A stretch of 64,000 bases of DNA, taken from assembly GCF_001194135.2 (NCBI RefSeq), contig NC_069000.1, forward strand, positions 31,281,274 to 31,345,273, written 5' to 3'. The notes beneath the pieces are model-generated. The model searched no databases and was not told where the DNA came from. It saw only the letters and a list, made by a program, of their open reading frames with translations. Positions 51,258 to 64,000 of this stretch are shown in pieces (position 1 is the stretch's first letter; each line of letters opens with the position of its first letter). Origin of the DNA: Octopus bimaculoides. Lineage: Eukaryota. Position numbers and translations under genes: made by a program.

Positions 51258-51945
51258 NNNNNNNNNNNNNNNNNNNNNNNNNNNNNNNNNNNNNNNNNNN
51301 NNNNNNNNNNNNNNNNNNNNNNNNNNNNNNNNNNNNNNNNNNNNNNNNNNNNNNNNNNNNNNNNNNNNNNNNNNNNNNNNNNNNNNNNNNNNNNNNNNNN
51401 NNNNNNNNNNNNNNNNNNNNNNNNNNNNNNNNNNNNNNNNNNNNNNNNNNNNNNNNNNNNNNNNNNNNNNNNNNNNNNNNNNNNNNNNNNNNNNNNNNNN
51501 NNNNNNNNNNNNNNNNNNNNNNNNNNNNNNNNNNNNNNNNNNNNNNNNNNNNNNNNNNNNNNNNNNNNNNNNNNNNNNNNNNNNNNNNNNNNNNNNNNNN
51601 NNNNNNNNNNNNNNNNNNNNNNNNNNNNNNNNNNNNNNNNNNNNNNNNNNNNNNNNNNNNNNNNNNNNNNNNNNNNNNNNNNNNNNNNNNNNNNNNNNNN
51701 NNNNNNNNNNNNNNNNNNNNNNNNNNNNNNNNNNNNNNNNNNNNNNNNNNNNNNNNNNNNNNNNNNNNNNNNNNNNNNNNNNNNNNNNNNNNNNNNNNNN
51801 NNNNNNNNNNNNNNNNNNNNNNNNNNNNNNNNNNNNNNNNNNNNNNNNNNNNNNNNNNNNNNNNNNNNNNNNNNNNNNNNNNNNNNNNNNNNNNNNNNNN
51901 NNNNNNNNNNNNNNNNNNNNNNNNNNNNNNNNNNNNNNNNNNNNN

Positions 51946-51983
<38 letters not shown>

Positions 51984-52057
51984 TGATAACACCACTTTAA
52001 AGTTGAGAGGATATTTTAGATTCAAAGCAATGTTTGAACATTATTACTCTATCAACG

Positions 52058-52072
52058 GACGCCATCTGGCGG
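52058..52072 (-). promoter_or_regulatory. CTCF-like motif
   Basis: CCGCCAGATGGCGTC on the minus strand is close to the recalled CCACTAGATGGCGCC-type consensus. Motif match only. Confidence 0.3.
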
Positions 52073-52685
52073 TAGAACTGTCAAGCCTTTGGAGAAACAA
52101 ACCAGAAAAAGACTTTGTATACACAAATGTTTATCTACTTTATTTACAAAGACCATTATGTGATGGAAATCTTTGATTGTTATTATATAACTGTCAGATG
52201 TAGCTGTTGATCTAGCTCTTGATAAATCTACAGTTAATCTTCCTTCATCACTTTAAAAGGTTCCTGCTAGAGCAACGAGATGTACGGATTGGTGTTTGGA
52301 TTGGTGGATGGTGGTTAGATATGCAGGTAGATAAAGAGATAGCTAGGTAGTAAAATAGATCTGTTGTCACACACATAGAGGGATAGGAAGAAAGGTGGGT
52401 AAATAACTGATAGATATAGCGATAAAAATGGATATATTTACAGATAGTCACAGACAAGGAGAAAAAGGCAAGCAAACAGGAAATAGTGAAGAAAGCCACA
52501 AACACAACATTACACATACGCACATGCACCCATATGTAAGTATGTATGTTTGGATATATTCACGTTTGCATTATATAGGAATATAGACTGATGTGTCAAG
52601 GAGGCAACTAAATAGGCTTGCACATTGATACACAGACTGACTGATAGACAGACAAATAGACAGATAGATGTACAGAAAGACAGAC

Positions 52686-52737
<52 letters not shown>

Positions 52738-52901
52738 GCACATGCATAGCTAGCTATGCATTTATAAGTTAATGCATACAAAAATAAGCAAAGGGGAATA
52801 CATTAGTTTATTGTGAGGAAGAAAGTATAATGTTTCGGAGAGGAAACACTTTGTCTGAGAGAGAGAGAGAGAGGGGGGGAGAAAGGGATAGAGAGAAAGA
52901 G

Positions 52902-52961
<60 letters not shown>

Positions 52962-53684
52962 AATACTTGCTAATAGTACTGAATAAATACATTCTAATGT
53001 ATTTAGTCATCAGAAGACTTTTTGGCAACATGAAGGCATCCATATTATTCCTGCTCTATTCTACAGTCAAACAACCAAAATTTCACATATTTGCATAAAG
53101 GTTCGGTCAGTGTGTGCACGTATCATATTCAAGTGTATTGCTTTTTCAATGAGCATGTAAACGCGTACATATTCCGTCCCCTACGCATGTGCTCACGTGC
53201 CGTGTATGCCTGTATTAACATGTTCAAATGTAATCAGATTGTCTTCGACTTTTCTGATGATATAAAATATTAAAGTTAATCCTATAGTCTCCGAATTCCT
53301 GTCGGTAATGGAACCTATCTAAGGGAGGTAATGCATTTTCTTCAGCCAACTTTATTCTCCTCAGCTAAAATTTAGTGCACGTCTGACACCTCCACCAAAT
53401 GATACCACATTAGGATCAGAGTAGGCTTAGGACCAATGTGGAAACCTTAATAATAAAACTGAAAACTTTTGGAGGTAATAACATCCAAGTCTACCTCAAA
53501 CGGCCTATCACCGTTCGTCCAATTTTTCCAAAAAGAAAGCACGCGTTGGATAATTAGAAGGTTCATTATATATGAATAAAAGAAGTCTAAATGATCACCA
53601 ATATTCATCATACGTCTATTGGGTTAGGGTTAGGGTTGCACTTAAATAGACTGATTTTTGTATTATGGTACTGATAGCAAGCAA

Positions 53685-55090
53685 AGCGGTTACACACTGT
53701 AGTACCTCATAACAGCTATGTAATTTATGCTGCAATGTAGGTACATAGTAGGAGCTAGGTGGACTGTGTTACCTACAGACAGCTAAGCAGACAAGCACTT
53801 ATTTCTAGCTAGATAGATTACATTGAATGCTTAATGAAAGCTTGATAGACTAAACTTACTCTGACGCACCTACATATTGTAGACGAACTATAGTACATTA
53901 TGCTACCAACGGACACATGGTGGGGGACTGTCTATACTATATACCTATTGAGAGCTAAGTGTAATAAACTACACCGTGGTACCTAGTAACATCTATGAGG
54001 ACTGTACTGCGTTGTGTTACCTACAAATGGTTGGGAGAACTATGCTGCCCTCTGTCACCTACTGACGTGGAATAATGTGGTACCTACGGATCGCTAGATT
54101 GCTTTGTGGTACTTAAATATTATAGACAGCCTGTACATCAGAGTGGTATCTACTGACAGTCAAGTGGCCTACACTACTGTGGTGCTTTCTGAAAGCTATG
54201 TGGATTATACTCCATGCTGGTAACTAATTACTGTGGATGGACTCCATGCTGTTATATCTACTTACGTTTGTAGAATACATTTCATTTAGTAAAGTACACT
54301 ATACCGAACTGAAAGATGGTCAGCACAGTTTATAAAATATATGGCCTTATTTCACTGTGATACCTACTTCATAACTATAATGTCATCTGCAATTATGTTG
54401 ACAGTAACATACTATAGTGATTAATGACAGTGGCACCTCACTTCATTATCTACGCATATTTGTATAATCTGTAACTTACGCACTTTGTACATACTTGTAG
54501 ATATATGTATGTTAATGTGCTGTCAAATTACAACCATCTGGACTGTTCTTTAATGGTTTCCCACATTAATGTAGTAGTTACTGATATCTAAGTGTGGTGT
54601 ATTTGTTTAAGATATTTACTTACACGTTGTTGAACTGTACCTCATTTTATTTATTTCCAGTGAAGTGGACACTGTCATATTGTGGCACCAACTTGCAGTT
54701 ACTTCGACTGTACCTCATTATGGTACACACCCCCAGCTCGGAGAATTGTAGCTCACCGTGATGACCAGGTGTATTAATTTACTACTATGATACCTGTTTA
54801 CAGCTAGTGAGAAGACACTTAAGTACATTTTTACGGATACCAGTTTACAACTAAGTAGATGTGACTCGTTTACACGTACTACGGACAAAAGACTTTTACT
54901 TTAATACGGTACCTACTTATAGCTAGGCCCGGGTTTCTGCACAATGGTACATACTCACAATTAGATAAACTGTAATTCACAGTCGAACCTTCTTAAATCT
55001 AGATGGACTGTACCTCATTGTGGCTTATACGTATAGCATGAAACGCTATTTCTGATTGCTGTACCTATATATAGCTAGACAGTGACTTCA
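53685..55090. repeat. Highly degenerate ~38 bp tandem array
   Basis: Recurring GGACTGTACCTCA(C/T)TGTGGTACCTACTGACAGCTAG-like units; unit starts at 54668, 54706 and 54744 are 38 bp apart. Confidence 0.7.
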
Positions 55091-55116
55091 GTGCTTTAAT
55101 GAGGCATCATCTATGT

Positions 55117-55589
55117 CGGTAGTTCTTAACCGGGGTCTATATGGCTCCTGAGGGTCCACGTAACAAAATAGTAAATTTGGGATCCACAATAGTATTTTAA
55201 AGGTCCTTGAAAAAATTTGCTTCCGCAGCATGGATTAGTATGTATTTCAAGAAACAGTGAGGTTTCTTTTTTCCATCCTCTTACATAGTTCGACCCTTTT
55301 ACATAGTTCGACCCTTTTTCATAGTTCGACCCTTTTTCATAGTTCGACCCTTTTACATAGTTCGACCCTTTTACATAGTTCGATCCTTTTACATAGTTCG
55401 ACCCTTTTACATAGTTCGACCCTTTTACATAGTTCGACAGGTTATTGTGTGAAGAAAAAAAAAAAAGAAGACAAATTTTGAAAGAAATTTCTATAAAACT
55501 AGTTTTTAATTATCGAATAGCTATGGGGGCCCATTAGAATAAAATAATAATCAAAGGAGTTCAAAGATAAAAGCGGTTGAGAATCCTTG
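55117..55589. mobile_element. hAT-type MITE with internal 18 bp VNTR
   Basis: TIRs CGGTAGTTCTTAACC / GGTTGAGAATCCTTG resemble CAGTGGTTCTCAACC. The 8 bp flanks ATCTATGT and GTTTACAT differ only by transitions. Confidence 0.75.
55281..55438. repeat. 18 bp minisatellite, 9 copies
   Basis: (TT(A/T)CATAGTTCGACCCTT)n; ATAGTTCGA recurs every 18 bp from 55285 to 55429. Confidence 0.97.
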
Positions 55590-56572
55590 GTTTACATGTT
55601 TGTTTGATTTCAACTGATTTTCCTTCAAAATGCATTTGTTAAGATAAAAATCGAGAAGTTCAAGGCTGGACTACGGTTTATCATAGTCAACCAGTTAAGA
55701 TCCGATCGAGGGTAAAACTACTATAACATTCTTAAGCTCCAAATCATGTCTAGGTGGGTGCTGCGAGGCTATTTAAGTTTAGAGTAAGTATCCTGATCAG
55801 TGATACAAAGCCTCAATTATTGTACAGGCGAGATATTCACGTCAGCTATAAACTATGATCTCCTCGTGACCAGGATGTCTGCTTCCTCATACTAAATATA
55901 ATGTGATAGTGCTAACGTTCATCCACACCAAAGGGACTCACCAATATCGACATGTGACTGGCACATGGCTCATATTAGCCATTCGCAATTTAAAAAAATG
56001 AAAAGCAGGAAAGAAAAGGAGGAGACAAATGTGTGTCAGTCGGACCAACAACCATATTGATCACTCATTTCACCCTTCCCCCACGTAGTTCACCATTAGC
56101 TACGGCCATGACGGTGATGACGTCAGAGAAACCCTGCCATTTCCTGAGTCGATGTCAAACAGACGAAACAGTATCAAGCAAAAAAATTACCATTATCCCC
56201 CACCCCCACCAGCATTGACAACAACAGTTGCAATGGACATCTTCAACTATGACGACAATAATAACACTACTACCACCAGCAACAAGAGAGCAAAGTCAAC
56301 TAAAACAATAACGAACATCAGTAAATCCTAGCAGAACGACAATAACAACAGCAACCCATCACTTAACAACTGACACTAGTAACAAGAACAACAACATCAA
56401 ATTTGACAGCAAGAACATCAACTCTGAAATATCCAAAAGAACAACGTCAACAGCAAAAATAGGAAAGCAGAGACAAAACAGCAGCTGCAACATCAACATT
56501 ATGGAGACCGAGAATTGCGTGGTGCTTGAGTGTATGGGTGTATGAGCACGTCTATCAATGCGTGTGCGTGTG

Positions 56573-56608
<36 letters not shown>

Positions 56609-56787
56609 CGTGTGTGTGTTCGTGTGTGTGTGTTTGTGTGTGTGTGTGTGTTGAGTTTAAATCTAATACTTGTACTTTTTGAAAATGTGAATGTTGCCAG
56701 ATTGCAGTCGTTGTAATCCCCTTGGTTCATCGATATATTGTTCGTATAGAACAGATTCGAGACAATTTTAAAGAAATTATTATCATT

Positions 56788-56849
<62 letters not shown>

Positions 56850-58074
56850 TATTATTATTATTATTATCATTTACGTTGTCATTCAAAATAATCGTTGATA
56901 TGCTCAAAATAATTTGTGCTTTTCTTTCTCCTGTTCAATGTTCATTAGTTTCCTTTAACTTAGAAGTGTTTACTCTATGGCGTATCTTTTCTGTCGGCTT
57001 TGTTTTGCGGTATTGTTTTCATTGTTTTCAGTTTTTGTTTTTGTCTTGAGGAGTATAGCGTGATGGTCTAATAGACCTTTCGACGTGAAGATGTCGTCAA
57101 AGTATCAAAACAAAGGAAATATAAGGACTGTGAAGACAATGGTAGTTTTGTCTAAGAATGGGTATTGGAAGCAGACACGTAGGAATACCTGAAATCCTTA
57201 TTAGCGAATACTTCAATGAGAACATTTTTGTTTGGTGATGTTTGAAATAAGTCTTGGTCAAAGTGAAAGAAAACACGATTAAATGGTACGACAGGCAAAT
57301 CACAACCACAATAATGAAAATAGTTTCTAATTTAGGCACAATGCCAGCAATCGATGCTATCGATCATAGTACTTCACTGGTAGATTGTTTTATCGACCAT
57401 GAAATAATGAAAGGCAAAGTTGAATGTAATGGCATTCTGAACCCAAGACCGCAAATACTTAGAAACTGCAATTAATTCTTTTCTGACGCTTCAATGATTC
57501 TGTCAGTTCACTGGAGGCCTGAAATGATCTCACTTTCAACTTGTATTCATCATGGACGGACTTTGCAACTTGAAAACAATTTAGATTCGAAATTAGTTAT
57601 ATATATATATATATATATANNNNNNNNNNNNNNNNNNNNNNNNNNNNNNNNNNNNNNNNNNNNNNNNNNNNNNNNNNNNNNNNNNNNNNNNNNNNNNNNN
57701 NNNNNNNNNNNNNNNNNNNNNNNNNNNNNNNNNNNNNNNNNNNNNNNNNNNNNNNNNNNNNNNNNNNNNNNNNNNNNNNNNNNNNNNNNNNNNNNNNNNN
57801 NNNNNNNNNNNNNNNNNNNNNNNNNNNNNNNNNNNNNNNNNNNNNNNNNNNNNNNNNNNNNNNNNNNNNNNNNNNNNNNNNNNNNNNNNNNNNNNNNNNN
57901 NNNNNNNNNNNNNNNNNNNNNNNNNNNNNNNNNNNNNNNNNNNNNNNNNNNNNNNNNNNNNNNNNNNNNNNNNNNNNNNNNNNNNNNNNNNNNNNNNNNN
58001 NNNNNNNNNNNNNNNNNNNNNNNNNNNNNNNNNNNNNNNNNNNNNNNNNNNNNNNNNNNNNNNNNNNNNNNNNN

Positions 58075-58130
<56 letters not shown>

Positions 58131-58149
58131 ATTGATAGATAGATAGATA

Positions 58150-58810
58150 TACACACGCACACCAACGTCGAGTGCCTGACGTCTAGCGTGTCATTGGGGG
58201 TTCTTACCTACTGTGCCAGCCGGATAACTGGATTAGTGGAAGTACTACACCAGCAGGCAATCTACAAATGATTGGTAATGGGAAAATGTGAAAATCTTTT
58301 CTGAAAAGATTCGGGCACTGACGAAAGCGTTCAATGATCGGGTACTATTGTCGATAACTTTCAGAAGTCCTTGGGCTGGCAGCGACCCCAGAGCCACTTC
58401 TAGTTCGAGATTATGTATAGAGGCACAGAAGTGCCGTTAGGCTGGCTTCCCAGAGATGCGTCCAGACCGATGAAACTATTCTGCATGGACTCCTTCAGTG
58501 TCAGAACATTGCTAGCTTGTGCAGTCATGTTGAACAACTACTTATTGTATGTGAAATGAATCGGCTGTCAACCGAGTCCATTGTTCAGAGAAGGTAGTTT
58601 TTTCTCTTTCTCGCTAGTAAGAGAAATTTTGTGATAGACAAAACAGTAATGTCCGTGGACAGTCACATCCCAATTTGGTCGAGTGCTGGTTGACTTCAAA
58701 TGCCACTTGAAAAATATGAGGTGTGGTTTCTAAGTGAATTCATTAAAAAGTTTGTGAGAGTTGCGAAAATAGCAAAAGTAGATGGAATTTCCAAAGTATA
58801 TGCCTCTGTA
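58150..58810 (+). mobile_element. Tx1-like (L1-clade) LINE 3' remnant
   Basis: DNFQKSL.W..PLLVRDY..RH.SAV..RCVQTDETILHGLLQC..VEQLL..RLSTESIV..FKCHLK resembles the C-terminal CCHC region of Tx1-like LINEs. Confidence 0.7.
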
Positions 58811-58884
58811 TAGGAAATTGACTGTTGGAGTAGGCATTTGCTCATGGTGATGAGGATGATCTTGAATCTACACGTTCCTCAATT

Positions 58885-59110
58885 CGTCATAGTGTCCACA
58901 TTCGTAAGTTATGGGGTTTTGTCTATTTGTCCGCATATATTTTGATTACACCAAAAGTCACCATTATCATAGGGTTCGTTTCTGTTTTCAGGTCCCACAT
59001 TAGAGTTATCTCTGTTTCTGATCTTTGTAGTTTCTCCATTTCTTTTAGAGATACAGTGTCTTGTTGTTTTGGTCTGATATATCGATTTCCTCATTTTCTA
59101 ACTGCTTCCT
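58885..59110 (-). mobile_element. R4/Dong-like LINE C-terminal fragment
   Basis: MEKLQRSETEITLMWDLKTETNPMIMVTFGVIKIYADK resembles the region leading into SDKYITKTPG at ~62340. Confidence 0.65.
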
Positions 59111-59529
59111 ATTCTTTCCATTTATGTTTTTGTTTGTGCAGTTTTAGTTTAGTATTTTTTAGTCATTATTGTGCAGTCGTAGGCGTTAGGTTTGTCGCGA
59201 TTCGTTATTTATTTATTTTCTACTGCGCTTGTTAATTCTGCGTCCGTATAACCGTATAATACATTCTAGGTTCTTAAATTGTCGTTAGGTATTCTGTGAT
59301 CATTATTTGTGTTTCCATTATGAATTTTTCTTTTTATTGTTTTATTTCGGTTTCTGATATTTTGTTTCTTTTAAACTTATCTAGTTTGGAGGGGCTCAAC
59401 AATATATCTAGATCTGGTTTATTTTTCTTTCAAACTTTCTACGAATATCCGTCGTATCTTCGCTTTGTGGACAGAGTGTCGCTGTACAATAAGCACGCAG
59501 AATAGAAACATCGTCCACCTGCATTCATT

Positions 59530-59870
59530 TATGATTTTTCTCTCTTTCCGCTTTATTTGCAAAACTTCAGTAAATTCTCACTCTTTATTTAGATTATCAT
59601 AAGTCTTATAGTGAACCGATGCACTCATTTCTGGTGTTGGAGAAGTTTGAACGCGTAATTTTCTTTCATATTTTGTGCAGTATATGCAAAGTTCGCAGAT
59701 CCAGATTATTATACATGTGATGAATACTATTTGGATTATGGGTACTATTTGGATAATTCTCCATTTCTTGTGCTTTATGGTGAGTACAGAGGCAGTCTTT
59801 TGTCGATAAAATGAACCATACTCCGGTGATCGTGTTACATGTGTTATGAGAATGTTGCATATTGTAAACA
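59530..59870 (-). mobile_element. Possible Penelope-like GIY-YIG remnant
   Basis: Frameshifted C..C/IY.ITC..C..Y...ERKLRV pattern; heavily decayed. Confidence 0.4.
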
Positions 59871-60056
59871 CTTGTAATACATTATTTACTGGTGGTACAT
59901 AAGAATAATTTTTATATTACTTATTCAGTTATGGCTGAACATTTTGTCAGTGTTATTTTTTTGTTTCATTTGTTGTTTTATTCCTAATATGATTGGATTG
60001 GTTTCAGAGCAATATTATAGCGCCTTAACATGTTGAACGTTCTCCAGTTTTATTAC

Positions 60057-60170
<114 letters not shown>

Positions 60171-60535
60171 GATGTTAGTAGCATTAGCTATTGCTGTTGA
60201 TAACTGTTTTTGAAATATTTTTAGAAATTCATAGAATTCCCAAAAAGAATAAAAAAAAAGTAGCTTTTGTTGTAAAATCGATATAGCGATTATTGCCAAT
60301 CACAACTAAAATTATTTTAAACTGTGCTTTTTTTAAAATTCTTTACTTGCAACGTTCCATTCATTATACATCCTCCTGGCAAATATATTATAAAATCGTT
60401 CAAATACTTCGTGGTATCGAGTTGTGTCTCTGTATGACAATGAGGAAATTAGCCATTCGATAAAAATAAGCATTCAGAGAGGCATCATCTGCTGTAAAGC
60501 AGTAAGAGAATAACAAAGAGAGAAAGAAAGAGAGA

Positions 60536-60594
<59 letters not shown>

Positions 60595-60761
60595 GTATGG
60601 GGGAGAGAGAGAGAGACAGAGAGTGGGAGAGAGAAACAGAGAGCGAGAGTGAGAAAGTAAGAGTGAGAGAGAGAAAGAGAGATAAAGAAACGGAAGGAGA
60701 AAGTAGCAGAGTGTGAAGGAAACGTATACTTGTTATTTAGCCTCAGGTTAAGCTTGAATAA

Positions 60762-61157
60762 GTGGAGGCGCAATGGCCTAGTGGTTAGGGCAGCGGACTC
60801 GCGGTCATAGGATCGCGGTTTCGATTCCCAGACCGGGCGTTGCGAGTGTTTATTGAGCGAAAACACCTAAAGCTCCACGAGGCTCCGGCAGGGGATGGTG
60901 GCGAACCCTGCTGTACTCTTTCACCACAACTTTCTCTCACTCTTACTTCCTGTTCCTGTTGTGTCTGTAATTCAAAGGGTCAGCCTTGTCACACTGTGTC
61001 ACGCAGAATATCCCCAAGAACTACATTAAGGGTACACGTGTCTGTGGAGTGCTCAGCCACTTGCACGTTAATTTCACGAGCAGGCTGTTCCATTGATCGG
61101 ATCAACTGGAACCCTCAACGTCGTAAGCGACGGAGTGTCAACAACAACAACAACAAT
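60762..61157 (+). mobile_element. SINE family A with 9 bp TSD
   Basis: GTGGAGGCGCAATGGCCTAGTGG..GGTTTCGATTCC..(CAA)n. CTTGAATAA occurs at 60753-60761 and 61158-61166. Inserted into an older repeat also seen at ~17965-18125. Confidence 0.97.
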
Positions 61158-61689
61158 CTTGAATAAACAAAGTAGTCTTATGATCAAAGACATTCCACCG
61201 CTGACAGTCCCATCTGTATGTTTATCTCGGAGCAGGTTCTCCAATGTGTTATTCCTGCTCGAAGTAGACAGGGTATGATTTGAAAGAATCTGGTTGCTAT
61301 GTCTAGCAGGTCAAGCTATAGCATTGAGCTCCTGGATTGCAATGTTTAGTTTGAAGTCTTTATAGTTTCTGAGTTCGAGTCTGGCTAATGCTAACTTTGC
61401 ATTATATTTTTCAGAGTCCAATAACGGTCACTCACTGAGATCAATTGAAGCGCCCGGTTTCCCCACTTCCAAAGCAAAATAAAAGTTTGAAGACTTGTAC
61501 CCAAGTTAGAAACCATTATTATTATTATTATCATCATTCTTTTAACTCAGATTTTGTTGGAAATCATGGAGTCTTGCATGAGTAGAGGGCTTGCTACATG
61601 CAGCCTACATCATGCTGTCTGTTTTCTTCAACTATCTAATACTTTTCTGATGATTCTGGCTGTGCACAGGAAACAAATTATTTCTACTA

Positions 61690-61845
61690 AGGTGGCAGAA
61701 AAAATATGCTTAGCGGCATTTCTTATGAATCTTTTCGTTTTGAGATCAAACGCCGATGTAGTCGACTTTGCTTTTCACCCATTCGGGGTCGATACAATGA
61801 AGGACCAGTCGAGTGCGGGTTCATATAATCGAATAGACTTCGCGA
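61690..61845 (+). mobile_element. SINE family B
   Basis: GTCGACTTTGCTTTTCACCCATTCGGGGTCGATACAATGAAGGACCAG. Confidence 0.8.
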
Positions 61846-62114
61846 CCAGTCGAGTGAACGGGACTGCTCTGAACAAACACCTGTAAATTGTGGGAGGAAA
61901 ATGGGGAGAAGGCACTTAATCTAGTGGTCAGGGTGATCGTGGTTTTGTGGGGTTTCCACGAGCAGTCTTAGGAAGCCTTCAATTTTGGAGAATTACTCAT
62001 TGTGTGATATTCCGTCCCTTTTCTTTTTTACACACCTGCATGTAATCTCACATTGTCGTGTATTGTATCGTTATGTACTGACATCAATCTTTTTGTAATA
62101 CCTTAATGGTGTAA

Positions 62115-62152
<38 letters not shown>

Positions 62153-62155
62153 CAT

Positions 62156-64000
62156 TACTCAGTAGTTTTATTTTTATAGCGTGCTTTTACTTCACTACCG
62201 AGCGCAGCTCTGTGTGCCTTGGGTATGTGCTGTGGTTTGCTGTGATGCTGTTATGGTTACTGTATTGAGTGTGTTTTGCGTAGGATGTGTGCTGTGCCCA
62301 GTAGCGCAATTTTCTGTATGTTATATATATTTGTAAGTCCTGGTGTTTTTGTTATGTATTTGTCTGACTATACATTGTTGTCAGCTTGGCATGCTATATC
62401 TATGATCCAGCATCGTTTGCTTTCTTTCTCAATTAACACTATGTCTGGTTTCCTATTCTTTATCTCATGATCGCAATGAATAATAAAATCCCAGAGGATC
62501 TTTTATCATTTTCGATGATGCCTTCGGGTTTGTGGTCGTACCAATTTTTGATCTATCAAGTCCATACTTGTTGCAAAGTGTCCAATGGACAAGCCTTGTT
62601 ATATTGTCGTGGCGTCTGTTATATTCCTTCTGGGCTAGTGGCGTACATTGACTGGTAATATACCTTTTTGTCCACAGATTCTGCACTTATCACTTTCTGA
62701 TGTGTTGTCTATTCTGTATTTTATGTAGTTTGTTCTTAGTGCTTGCTTTTGGGCAGCACAGATTAGAGCCTCCGTTCCCGGTTTTTATATCACTTTTAGT
62801 CATCCACAGCTATTTCTTTCTCTGTTTTATCTTCAACATCCCTATAAAATTGTTCATGAATTTCCCCTGCACATTCCATAGTCTCTGTAACTCAATGGCT
62901 AGGACCTGGTACTTTGCTATTTTCTCTATACCTCATCATTTGAGACTGTAAAATCAATTATCTGGTACTTTCTTTTCTCTTTGACTACAACTACTGAACC
63001 AGGCATTCTAGCTTCTATTACTGTGTCAGTCCGAATGTTAAAGTCCTACAACATGTTATATTTCTTACTATCTAGTACTTTACTAGGTTCATGTTCATAT
63101 CATTTATCAGTATGGTCGAATCCTAGCTTTCTACATAACTCCCAGTCGATTATTCTCCCTATGTTGTCATACCTTTTCTTGTACACTTTCTGAGCCAGCA
63201 TACTACATTCATATGTGTAAAACTTTTGTGTTTTGATTTACACTGCGAATCTACCTAGGTTTTGTTTATCTTGGCTTTTATCCAATTAGTCCTCAATACT
63301 TGATCTTAGGCTGCTACTAACAAACTTTCTATCTCTCTTTTTAACCTGGTGTGTGTCTATACCATCTTTTTTCTGTTGTTATTCCATAGTTTTGGTATAG
63401 CTTCCAGTGTATATAGGTCCCAACTCTGTCGTGTCTGTGAACATATTCCTTCTTGGCCAGGACTGTGTAGCTAGAGACAATATGATTTATTGTTTCTTAT
63501 CCATCTTCATATATTCTGCAGTTGTATTTCTTTTCATTACATGATTTTGGCGATTTCTGGTGGGAAGGCTTTGATCTTGTGCTGCAATTAAAAATCCTTC
63601 AAGTCTTTGCTTTGAGTCATGAGCTTCTCAGTCGTTGTCGTGATTTTGCTTTGTTTATTTCTTTTCTGATTAATTTAACCCAATATTTGCCGTGTAGGGG
63701 CTTTTCTTGCTATCGTTTTATCATGATCCGTTGTTGTTCCGGTTTTACTTTGGAAATCAGTTGTTTTACAGCTTTTGTTGTTTCCTCTTTTTCTTCATAG
63801 TTGTTAGGCACTATGACCTCCTTTTTGTATTTGTCAGCTTCCCTAAAGACTATAAACAGTTTCGTGTTTTGTTCATGTTTTGTGGCTATTTGTATTAGTT
63901 TTCTTTATTTCTGAAGTAGGTATTTCAGTAGTCCTATAGCGGTTATTTTGTAATGGTTTTCTAGCTGTAGAAGGCCTCTACCATCTTCTATACGTTGTTT
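62156..64000 (-). mobile_element. Mosaic of four R4/Dong-like LINE segments, (TAA)n-tailed, continuing beyond the window
   Basis: Three successive AAQ(D/K)Q..RTN..C..H..LA.K.Y..RHD blocks with different sequences, then SDKYITKTPGLTNIYNIQKIALLGTAHILRK* plus 3' UTR and (AAT)n. Confidence 0.88.

Noticed and set aside
53620-53637. TTAGGG repeats as an interstitial telomere
   Set aside because: Fewer than three units; more likely part of a transposon-associated motif.
55281-55438. CRISPR-like array
   Set aside because: Units are contiguous with no unique spacers, and the context is eukaryotic.
59465-59520. Possible third hammerhead next to the PLE-like remnant
   Set aside because: Only stem III and GAAA are recognisable; core, stem I and stem II are not supportable.
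60762-60840. tRNA gene
   Set aside because: The tRNA-like head continues into a multi-copy SINE body with tail and TSD.

Overview
AT-rich, gap-riddled eukaryotic scaffold. The SINE families, microsatellite density and LINE types suggest an octopus/coleoid cephalopod genome (inferred from recalled repeat families, not a database hit). The window is mostly decayed mobile DNA: three tRNA-type SINE families, many R4/Dong-like LINE fragments (RT, CCHC knuckle, restriction-like endonuclease), RTE and Tx1 fragments, three Penelope-like GIY-YIG remnants, a mariner remnant and a hAT-type MITE. I found no intact long ORF, no confidently identifiable host gene, and no rRNA, tRNA gene or CRISPR array. 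Nearly all long entries in the ORF track are microsatellite or N-gap artefacts. Most notable: (1) a ~9 kb head-to-tail array (42.3-51.0 kb) of R4/Dong-like LINE pieces and an unclassified ~540 bp non-coding element, spaced by (TAA)n-type tracts, suggesting a microsatellite-targeted LINE plus non-autonomous partner; (2) a four-part LINE mosaic at 62-64 kb resembling serial template jumping; (3) an 83 nt near-perfect pre-miRNA-like hairpin at 34.05 kb; (4) decayed hammerhead-like folds beside Penelope remnants; (5) a few weak candidate host exons. Coordinates were read by eye and are approximate unless TSDs or splice sites are quoted.
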